Source: an uncultured Polyangiaceae bacterium
GTDB taxonomy: Bacteria > Myxococcota_A > Polyangia > Polyangiales > Polyangiaceae
Reading direction: 5' to 3'
Length of the DNA stretch: 8,332 bases
NCBI GenBank assembly: GCA_964424695.1
Contig: CAYRKE010000039.1
Coordinates: forward strand, 6,663-14,994
Shown: piece after piece, positions 1 to 6,290 of the stretch
Layout of the letters: each line of letters begins with the position of its first letter
Numbering within the stretch: position 1 is the stretch's first letter
Program-made: the position numbers and the translations under genes
The notes under the pieces: generated by a model
What the model saw: only the letters and a program-made list of their open reading frames with translations
Told to the model about the DNA's origin: nothing
Database searches by the model: none

Positions 1-182
1 TCGTCAATTCCTCGGGCATTCGACTCTTCATCAACTGGGTGACTTGGGCAAGACAGACCCCAGAACAGGGCCGGTACAACCTGATCATCCGACTGGATCA
101 GAAAGTGACCTGGCAGAGGACGAGCCTGGCAGTCCTGAGGGCACTCGCCCCAGGCGTCGTCACACTCGATCCCGTCGAGTGA
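1..182 (+). CDS. STAS-domain protein (anti-sigma-factor-antagonist-like), 3' fragment entering from the left edge; paralog of 3308..3691
   Basis: Absent from the ORF track because it has no start in the window. Frame 3 (codons from nt 3) is open to TGA at 180..182 and reads VNSSGIRLFINWVTWARQTPEQGRYNLIIRLDQKVTWQRTSLAVLRALAPGVVTLDPVE*. This aligns without gaps to the last 59 aa of the 3308..3691 product (37/59 identical by hand count), including the STAS-type N-S-S-[GA] loop. Confidence 0.75.
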   Translation, partial: VNSSGIRLFINWVTWARQTPEQGRYNLIIRLDQKVTWQRTSLAVLRALAPGVVTLDPVE

Positions 183-334
183 CCGACGCGCCCCCAAGGC
201 TTGCTCGATGACCGTTGTCGTCTTGCTGGCAGCTGTGCCCCACGCGACCCGTCCAACGGCAAAAGCGGCATTGGCACTCTCAGCAGCCGCAACTCACTGA
301 AGGCAGCGACACTGTTGGGTCTGGTCACTCCGAG

Positions 335-2335
335 TCAGGCGACAGCGCAGGGCGAGGCGGATTGCCTGCGCCGCACGAGGAGAAGGGTCCAGTCGTCGTC
401 GCGCACGGGTGCATGCTCGGACACGGTGGAGAAGATGCTCGCCGCAGCGTCATCCAAGCTGGCGTTGCGTCTCAAAGCATGCTCGACGGTCTCCACGAAG
501 CGCGCCATGTCGAAGAGCGCGCCAGCCGCGTCACGAGCCTCGGGAAGCCCGTCGGTGTACAAGCAGAGGACGTCTCCAACGGAGAGCACCAAGTCGCGCT
601 CGACAACCTCGGCCAAGACGGCATCGATGCCCAGCCATGCCCCTCGCACATCGACGACTTCGCACCGCTGCGACTCCGCCCGAAACACGATGGTCGGCTG
701 ATGGGAACCAGCGTAGACAAAGCGCCCCTGGCCCCGATAGGTAAAGACCTGGCCCGTCACGTACTTGGAATCCTTGAGCCTCTCGGTGAGGTTTGCGTGG
801 AGCAGTCGGTTGACGTTGTGGAGCGTGGTGGCTGGGCTTGCCCCCGGATTTGCGCAGAATTGGGATGCGATGGCGGACTGGGTCATCAGCATGACCAGCC
901 CGGAATCGATACCGTGGCCGGAAACATCGCCAATCGTCAGCCACATCGCGCTGTCAGAAGGTGCGCGCAACACGTCGTAGAAATCCCCGCCCACCTCATC
1001 GGCTGGCACCATCCGCCCCGAGAACTCGAAGTCCGGATGGTGCGGGTTGAGAGGAAGCACCGAACGCTGCAGCGATGCTGCGATCTCGAGTTCGCGAGCC
1101 ATGCGGATCCGATCGCTCAGCGCAACGCGCGCGCGCCCCAGCTCCGCCAGCATCTCGTTGAATGCACGACCCAGCTCACCGAGTTCGTCCCTGGCACTCT
1201 CAATCATCCTTGCCTCGAGGTTGCCCCGACCGACCTCAGCGAGCACCCGCCGAGCCGCTGCCAGCCGCCGAGTGAGACCTCGCGCGATGAGCCATGCGAG
1301 AAGGAGGCTCGACAGAATGATCCCTCCGACCAGCGCCCCACTCATCCACTCGGCACGCTCGGTTTCGCGAATCCGCTGCATCGCAGCCTGTGCCACTCGA
1401 TGGTTGAGCTCGCGTTCAACCATCGAGATCCGCGATAGCTTCTCCCGCTGAGCCCGCATCCAAGCGGACGGATCGAGATTGAGCTCATCCGACGCGCTGT
1501 CGATGGCCGCTTTGCGCAACTTCAGCACCGGCGCCACCACGTCGCTCGTAACGTGACGTTCGTAGCTCTTCATCTGCTCGGAGGAGGCGATGATCTTGAA
1601 GGCCTCGAAAAAGACCCCCTCCTCGGTCGCAAGGGTCAGTAGCTGGCGGTAGGTCCCTGGTGGAAAATCCCCGAATTCGAGGACGTAGGCCAGGATGGCA
1701 TGCTCCTGACTCCCACGCTCTTTCAATTGAAGGACGGAAATGAGCGACGTGGTGAGGCGAAGGATCTCGCCGTTGTCCGTCTGCTCTGAGACTCGAACAA
1801 TCGCTCTGATCAGAGACTGAATCAGTCTGTCATAATGCCGCACGGTATCGCCCAGCGATCGCGGCCTCAACGCCATATCCTGTCGCTGAGCCTGCAGATC
1901 AGCCCGCGCGGCCGCACCTTCGCGCCGAGTCATTGAGGTAAGCCCGGAGAACTGGCCGAAGTCCCCAGAGTCGAGCAGGGACACGAGTGCCTGTTCGGCC
2001 CTCAGAGTCAAGCGCAGCTGACGTTCGAAATCCGCTTGGGCCTCTGCCCTGGTTCGAGCATCTCCGCCACTGGGTTGCTGAATGCCCGCTTCGACCTCCG
2101 CAGCTTTGGCGAGCTGCCCCTGGACTCGGGCGGCGTACGCTCGTTCAAGCTGCAGCTCGTGGACCAGACTCCCCAGCGCTCCAGAGACTTGCGCAACATG
2201 CTCGATGGATGCGAGCGCCTCGTTCTTCTGTACCTGCGCACGTGCGACCACCACGATCTGGACTGCCAGAACGATGGCACCGAGCATGGGGATGCCCGCG
2301 AGGAGGGTCAGCTTGGTGCGGATCGGTAAGTCCAT
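335..2335 (-). CDS. Membrane receptor-type PP2C/SpoIIE-family serine phosphatase (TM, NIT-like sensor, TM, HAMP, PP2C), RsbU-like
   Basis: 666-aa ORF with ATG at 2335 and TGA at 335..337. N-terminal TM (LTLLAGIPMLGAIVLAVQIVVVA). About 290 aa of helical region follow, with LVHELQLERAYAA and VLQLKERGSQEHA motifs. Second TM (WMSGALVGGIILSSLLLAWLIA). HAMP motif (DELGELGRAFNEMLAEL). SpoIIE/PP2C motifs GGDFYD, IGDVSGHG, YTDGLPEA and DDDWTLLLV are all present. Confidence 0.93.
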   Translation of the reverse strand: MDLPIRTKLTLLAGIPMLGAIVLAVQIVVVARAQVQKNEALASIEHVAQVSGALGSLVHELQLERAYAARVQGQLAKAAEVEAGIQQPSGGDARTRAEAQADFERQLRLTLRAEQALVSLLDSGDFGQFSGLTSMTRREGAAARADLQAQRQDMALRPRSLGDTVRHYDRLIQSLIRAIVRVSEQTDNGEILRLTTSLISVLQLKERGSQEHAILAYVLEFGDFPPGTYRQLLTLATEEGVFFEAFKIIASSEQMKSYERHVTSDVVAPVLKLRKAAIDSASDELNLDPSAWMRAQREKLSRISMVERELNHRVAQAAMQRIRETERAEWMSGALVGGIILSSLLLAWLIARGLTRRLAAARRVLAEVGRGNLEARMIESARDELGELGRAFNEMLAELGRARVALSDRIRMARELEIAASLQRSVLPLNPHHPDFEFSGRMVPADEVGGDFYDVLRAPSDSAMWLTIGDVSGHGIDSGLVMLMTQSAIASQFCANPGASPATTLHNVNRLLHANLTERLKDSKYVTGQVFTYRGQGRFVYAGSHQPTIVFRAESQRCEVVDVRGAWLGIDAVLAEVVERDLVLSVGDVLCLYTDGLPEARDAAGALFDMARFVETVEHALRRNASLDDAAASIFSTVSEHAPVRDDDWTLLLVRRRQSASPCAVA
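371..1078 (-). other. PP2C/SpoIIE phosphatase catalytic domain (aa ~420-655)
   Basis: Ordered motifs are present: ASLQRSVLP, GGDFYDV, IGDVSGHGIDSGLVM, YAGSHQP, LYTDGLPEA, DDDWTLLLVRR. The metal-binding Asp residues are retained. Confidence 0.9.
1127..1285 (-). other. HAMP linker domain (aa ~351-403)
   Basis: RGLTRRLAAARRVLAEVGRGNLEARMIESARDELGELGRAFNEMLAEL lies immediately after TM2. It contains the canonical G-x-L ... DE-[IL]-G-x-L-x-x-x-FN-x-M pattern. Confidence 0.75.
1436..2203 (-). other. Extracytoplasmic NIT-like (nitrate/nitrite-sensing-type) helical sensor domain of the phosphatase (aa ~45-300)
   Basis: The region lies between the two predicted TM helices. It has two motif copies resembling the NIT signature (hELQ-x-ER and LQ-x-KERG-x-x-x-A). 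The call rests on these short motifs only. Confidence 0.55.
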
Positions 2336-3295
2336 CTTGTCGCGACGCCGGTCACCCTTCGCTTACACAGAGTACTACGGCGCCACCATGGAAGGAGTTA
2401 ATCGCGCTGCGGCCCACGGACCTGACCAGAGCGACCGCGTCCGAATCACAAAATCCCGGCGGTCGAGTGCGCCAGCCACCGTCAGTAGAGGGTCTCCCAA
2501 CGGAGAGATGCACTCCGACTCAGTAGAAAGAAGAACAACCCGTCGAACGGCGGTGGTCGCTGGGGCTGGCCTCAGCGAAAGGAGTCGGCTGCCGGCAGCA
2601 ATGACTGGACACTCGAAGCGAGGCGCAATGCCCCAACAAGACCGACTAGCCGATTGCGGGAAGCGCCTCTTCCGCGTGCAGCGCCCCTTACGAGAACGCG
2701 CCGCGTGACGCTTACCAGTGAGTCTGCCCACCATGACCTGCCGTGTTTTCCGCGCACTTCACCCTGGAAGCCGAGCCTCTTCAACGAGCACGGCCCAGCC
2801 CGCCGTGGCCCACCGCAAAGGGCCCGCCCTCACTTCATGCGTACGCGGCGCGCAAGCCTGGTTGACTGGCGACCGGCCTGGGTGGGCCGATTCCTGGCGC
2901 ATGCGTGAATGCGCTCGTTCATCGTACTGTCGGGCAGCCCGAAGGCGTGAAGTCTCCCAATGTCCTCGGTTCATACTCCAGCCCCTTCTGGAAGAGGGCT
3001 TTGGGTTCCCGACGCTTCTCGCTCTCTGCAGAATCGAGTCGCCCCTGGATACGAGCCCCAGCGAGCTGCCCGCCGCAATCCCACGCTTGGAGTCGCTGGA
3101 GCGCCCGTCCCTTGCCCAATGCGAGTACGAGCGGGAATGCGAGCGGACTCGCCGTCGGCCCACTCTCGCCAACTCGGGGCGCCTCGCACCTCACCCTGCC
3201 CCACACACGCAACGGGCCTTGCCTCGACCCTACGACACTTGCCAGGTGCCGCGCGTGAAGGCCCACGTAGAATGCAGCAGAATCGGTTCCACTGT

Positions 3296-3300
3296 AAGGA
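3296..3300 (+). promoter_or_regulatory. Shine-Dalgarno-like AAGGA for the STAS gene
   Basis: AAGGA lies 7 nt upstream of ATG 3308 (gtAAGGAcgatccaATG). Confidence 0.5.
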
Positions 3301-3307
3301 CGATCCA

Positions 3308-3691
3308 ATGAGTGAGCTAGAGAATGTCGAACTCCCGACTGTTCCAGCTGTGAAGATAGCCCTAGATCCGGCAGGAAGCCTGACCCTCACGGGCGAGATT
3401 TCGACCCGAGACCCGGCAGAAGCAATGTCTCCATTCCTTCAGAGGATACACCGAGCCATCATCGCCGACCGGCTGAAGGTGTTCACCCTCAACGTCGCGC
3501 AACTCACGTTCGTCAACTCGTCTGCTATCAGGCTTTTTGTCAACTGGGTGACGTGGGCAAGGCAGGAGGCAGAGGACACCCACTACGACCTGATCATCGA
3601 GATGGATCAGAACATCACATGGCAGAAGACCAGCCTCGTGGCAATCAAAGCCCTCGCGTCAGGCACCGTGTCGCTCCACCCAGTTGGATGA
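3308..3691 (+). CDS. STAS-domain protein (SpoIIAA/RsbV-like anti-sigma-factor antagonist), 127 aa
   Basis: ATG 3308 is preceded by AAGGA; TGA is at 3689..3691. The product MSELENVELPTVPAVKIALDPAGSLTLTGEISTRDPAEAMSPFLQRIHRAIIADRLKVFTLNVAQLTFVNSSAIRLFVNWV... matches the SpoIIAA/RsbV layout by eye: an L-x-L-x-GE-[IL] strand, then V-x-LN-x-x-x-L-x-F-[VM]-[DN]-SS-[GA]-[IL]. The candidate phospho-serine is Ser71 (TCG 3518..3520). The track's 243-aa version starting at 2960 only adds an Arg/Pro/Ala-rich extension. Confidence 0.85.
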   Translation: MSELENVELPTVPAVKIALDPAGSLTLTGEISTRDPAEAMSPFLQRIHRAIIADRLKVFTLNVAQLTFVNSSAIRLFVNWVTWARQEAEDTHYDLIIEMDQNITWQKTSLVAIKALASGTVSLHPVG

Positions 3692-3852
3692 AGTGGGGGG
3701 GAATGCAGACGTGATGGGATGCCGTCGGGAGATCCAGCGAGGCTCCCTGGCGAAGCGAGCCTTGGAGGCCGATGCGCGGAAGCAGCTTGTGTGAGTGCAC
3801 GTGCTGCCTGCAAGAACGCCGAGACTGCCAAGCCACAGGTAGACAGTACCGA

Positions 3853-5085
3853 CTAGTGTTGTCCAGCGATTACTCCCAGCGAAACCCAAAGCGACGGACG
3901 ATCAAGCTTGGCGACGCGAGTACCATTGAAGTAGAGGAGCGGGGCGTCAGCGGCCGCAGTGATGCCGCAGCCCAGGAATATGCCGAGCTGATCTGCAAGC
4001 TGCTGCGCTGCGCCGAGTTCGAGTGCGACTGCAGCCGTTGCGTGCTGGCGGTCGAATGCCGTAAGGGCTGCCGCGGCGTGCCCCTCGATGACGTACTGCC
4101 GATACCCGCCATTCGTAGCAACGTATACCGAGGTGCTCGAGCCAACCGCTCCCTCCAGTTTGACGGAGAGCTCCACGTCCGTGCGACGCGTCAACGCGCT
4201 TCCCTCATCGCGCGCAATGGAGTTCAAACCCCAGACCTGCCGAACCCCCACTCCGACGGCGTACCAGTCTGCCCCGCCATAGAGCTGCACCCGACCGCCA
4301 CCACTGGCCTCTCCAGCCCGCAAATCGACGCGCGCTTCAGGTGCCAGCCAAAGACTGAGGAGGACGCCATCTCGCGACTCCGGTCGGCGCTCGCTCGAGG
4401 ATCGAAAGGGTAACCGCGAGGCCTTCTTTCCTGGATCCCGCCGCGACGTCGCTTTGGATTTCACTCTCGCGAACCGGCCCACGGCAGCAGGAAGCTCGCG
4501 CCGAGCTCTATCAGCAGACGCGGCATACTGCACCATCGCCGCACGGAGAGCCTCCACCGCGCGCACCGCGATCACCTCGGCGTCGACACCTGGAACCTCG
4601 CTGTCGATGTTCTGGACCACAGGCTCGTCGAGGCCTGGAGAAATTGCCTCTATGCGAATCACCGAACCAAACTGCTCGAAAGAGAGACGCCCATAGACGT
4701 CAGGATTCTCTCGCCACGGGGAAACCTCAGCCCCCGTGAGGCGATCCTGGGGAACAATGACCGTAAGCCCCGCGGCCGTCACCTCCGCGCGGGCTCGAAT
4801 CAAAGCTTCTTCAAGCAGCTGGGTTCGCGAAGACAGACACTCGACAACGACCGCTGCCTGTCCCTCGGACGCGACGGGGGTCCGCCGAACATCCGAACTC
4901 ATGGCAGAGCTCGCCCCAGAACCGCTAGGCGCAGCAGGCTCAACGACGTCGGACGACGTGGCGAAGGTCCGTCTGGCAGACTGCTGTGCGGGAACGCTCG
5001 CCGTCGCCAACACGACGGACAGCACGACGCTTTGCGCCACAGCCGTGGGACACTGTGGGCGCGTACTTTTTGGCCACCAGTTCAA
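3853..5085 (-). CDS. Secreted/envelope protein of unknown function, 410 aa; possible small C-terminal beta-barrel; third gene of the ECF operon
   Basis: The TTG start at 5085 overlaps the FecR-like stop (TTGA, 5082..5085); TAG is at 3853..3855. The N-terminus MNWWPKSTRPQCPTAVAQSVVLSVVLATASVPA/QQ looks like a Sec signal peptide. A Ser/Ala/Pro-rich spacer follows, then an alpha/beta region (aa ~75-190). A strongly basic stretch comes next (RFARVKSKATSRRDPGKKASRLPFRSSSERRPESR). The C-terminal ~170 aa consist of alternating-polarity segments (LLSLWLAPEARVDL, RVQLYGGADWYAVGVGV, DVELSVKLEG, SVYVATNGGYRQYVIEG, PLLYFNGTRV, SLWVSLGVIAG). I recognised no family by eye. Confidence 0.75.
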   Translation of the reverse strand: MNWWPKSTRPQCPTAVAQSVVLSVVLATASVPAQQSARRTFATSSDVVEPAAPSGSGASSAMSSDVRRTPVASEGQAAVVVECLSSRTQLLEEALIRARAEVTAAGLTVIVPQDRLTGAEVSPWRENPDVYGRLSFEQFGSVIRIEAISPGLDEPVVQNIDSEVPGVDAEVIAVRAVEALRAAMVQYAASADRARRELPAAVGRFARVKSKATSRRDPGKKASRLPFRSSSERRPESRDGVLLSLWLAPEARVDLRAGEASGGGRVQLYGGADWYAVGVGVRQVWGLNSIARDEGSALTRRTDVELSVKLEGAVGSSTSVYVATNGGYRQYVIEGHAAAALTAFDRQHATAAVALELGAAQQLADQLGIFLGCGITAAADAPLLYFNGTRVAKLDRPSLWVSLGVIAGQH

Positions 5086-6290
5086 TCCGGTTGGAGGATA
5101 TCACGAGCCGTCCCGGCATAGGGACCGGTCGGATACCGTTCGATGTAGTCCCGTGCCAAGCCCGCCGCAGCCGCTTTGCCCCTAAGACGCCGGGTCATCG
5201 ACAGCTTCCGCCCGAGAGCTTCGGCCGCGTAGACGCCACTCGGCGACTCGGCCAGGTAGACGTCCAGCCAATGGTCGGCAGTGCTCGCCCTGCCCTGTTG
5301 CTCGTATATGCGAGCAAGAAAGAACGCCGCTTGCTCTGCCCCCTGTGAGCTGGGAAACCGACGACGCAGTGCCTGCCAGGCGTTGAGCGACACGTCGGCT
5401 CGCCCCACATAGCGGGCGGCCTGCGCCAACGCCTTCAGGTCGCCTGCGTCACGGCTGGCCATCGCGCTGCTGATCCCCATGGCTTCGGCAGCTCGAAGCA
5501 CCTCCTCGAACTTGCCGCTCCCCACAAGCTGGGCCCAACTGCGCGCAGACGGACGCCGCGCTTCCGGTGCTTCAACTCTGGTTGGCTTTGGCGCTACCGG
5601 CACGACATCCGGAGAAGGATTGGCTGCCTCAGCACTCGCCGCGGTCGGGGACGCCGGCAACGGCGCTCGAAGATCGAGCACCTGCCCAGCTCTCACCGAC
5701 CTGGCCTCAGCCCCTTCCTCAAGCACACGGACGTGGCCCTCATGCAGCGCAAGGTGAAGCGACTGGGCATTCGGATCCCAACTCAGATCGAAGCTCGTGC
5801 CAACCACCACAACCTCATAGGGGCCAGCAAGAAAGCGCCAGTCGGTGTCTTCCTGATGATCAACCTCAACCCTGAGACGGCCACGGGTCAACCTCGCAAG
5901 AGCACCATGCTGCCCTCGCATCGTGACGGCAAGTGCAGTGTTCTCCGCGGCCTCGATGACGCTGCCATCGGAAAAGGACACGGTCGCAGGCTCGTTCGCC
6001 GTCTTGATGAGACCTTGTGACTCCTCTGCTCCTCTTACCTCGTAGTGAAGCGGGGTGGATGCCGAACTCCACACCAACACGCCAGCCACCGCCACCGCAG
6101 CAGCCAGCGCCCCCCAAAACAGCGGCCGATTCCGGCGCTCCATGCGGGGGTTGACGATGCTGCGGATCTGCAGTCTCGTCCACGCCTCATCGGAGTCGTG
6201 ACTGCTCCGTCGCGTCACGTGCTCGTCCGAGAGCTTCTTGAAGACATCCACGACCGCCTCGGGCGTGATGGGAGCACGGACCTCAGTCAT
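5082..6290 (-). CDS. FecR-family transmembrane anti-sigma factor with TPR-like C-terminal domain, 402 aa
   Basis: ATG 6290 overlaps the sigma stop (ATGA, 6287..6290). The protein has a short cytoplasmic N-terminus and one TM (LFWGALAAAVAVAGVLVWSS). FecR-domain pattern: VSFSDGSVIEAAENTALAV ... LTRGRLRVEVD ... YEVVVVGTSFDLSW. A Pro/Ala-rich linker follows. The C-terminal repeats VYLAESPSGVYAAEAL and DYIERYPTGPYAGTA resemble BamD/YbgF-type TPR units. Sampled codon-phase GC over 5401..5460 is about 80/60/85% (positions 1/2/3). Confidence 0.9.
   Translation of the reverse strand: MTEVRAPITPEAVVDVFKKLSDEHVTRRSSHDSDEAWTRLQIRSIVNPRMERRNRPLFWGALAAAVAVAGVLVWSSASTPLHYEVRGAEESQGLIKTANEPATVSFSDGSVIEAAENTALAVTMRGQHGALARLTRGRLRVEVDHQEDTDWRFLAGPYEVVVVGTSFDLSWDPNAQSLHLALHEGHVRVLEEGAEARSVRAGQVLDLRAPLPASPTAASAEAANPSPDVVPVAPKPTRVEAPEARRPSARSWAQLVGSGKFEEVLRAAEAMGISSAMASRDAGDLKALAQAARYVGRADVSLNAWQALRRRFPSSQGAEQAAFFLARIYEQQGRASTADHWLDVYLAESPSGVYAAEALGRKLSMTRRLRGKAAAAGLARDYIERYPTGPYAGTARDILQPD

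Noticed and set aside
272-284. Sigma-54-like TGGCAC...GC element
   Set aside because: GG and GC are separated by 8 nt, not the required 10. The element also sits between two convergent gene ends, with nothing downstream to drive.
215-1438. Long + strand ORF (407 aa), plus nested + ORFs 201..701, 409..744 and 1047..1451
   Set aside because: These are antisense to the PP2C gene. The products are Arg/His/Gly/Cys-rich with no motifs. The minus frame carries a complete, ordered HAMP-PP2C motif set. Long antisense ORFs are expected in GC-rich DNA.
2372-2401. Sigma-70-like TTAACT-N18-TAGTAC on the minus strand, 36 nt upstream of the PP2C start
   Set aside because: Each hexamer matches only 4/6, and the spacer is at the upper limit. 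This is plausible but too weak to annotate without start-site data.
2482-2527. Direct repeat TCAGTAGA (2482..2489 and 2520..2527) flanking a TCTCC-caac-GGAGA mini-hairpin (2493..2506)
   Set aside because: An 8-nt repeat and a 5-bp stem are within chance expectation for about 1 kb. I saw no further copies elsewhere in the window.
3239-3273. TTGCCA ... TAGAAT hexamers upstream of the STAS gene
   Set aside because: Each hexamer matches 5/6, but they are separated by 23 nt, too far for one sigma-70 promoter. TAGAAT (3268..3273) alone may be a -10 element, but that is unproven.
2960-3307. N-terminal extension of the STAS ORF (the track's 243-aa version)
   Set aside because: The extension is Arg/Pro/Ala-rich and adds nothing to the STAS fold. 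The internal ATG 3308 has an AAGGA Shine-Dalgarno sequence at the right distance and gives a typical 127-aa STAS protein.
2375-3308. Intergenic ORFs 2375..2734 (-), 2572..2784 (-), 2654..2908 (+), 2759..3172 (-), 2905..3258 (+) and 2919..3308 (-)
   Set aside because: All are Arg/Pro/Ser/Trp-rich with no recognisable motif. Codon-phase GC is flat where I counted it. Only 2718..3311 (+) is kept as a doubtful candidate in the findings.
3695-3701. G7 homopolymer immediately after the STAS stop codon
   Set aside because: It lies outside the coding sequence, so slippage would have no frame consequence. It is probably incidental.
3738-3764. Hairpin (stem CGAGGCTC / GAGCCTTG including one G-U pair, 11-nt loop) in the 161-bp convergent gap
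   Set aside because: There is no U-tract on either strand, the stem is short and the loop is large. It cannot be called an intrinsic terminator.
3772-4413. + strand ORF of 213 aa, Cys-rich (…CECTCCLQERRDC…CAEFECDCSRCVLAVECRKGC…)
   Set aside because: It is antisense to the 410-aa gene. Its Cys richness comes from GCA/GCG codons read in reverse. It has no signal or motif context, and the minus-strand gene is translationally coupled to the operon.
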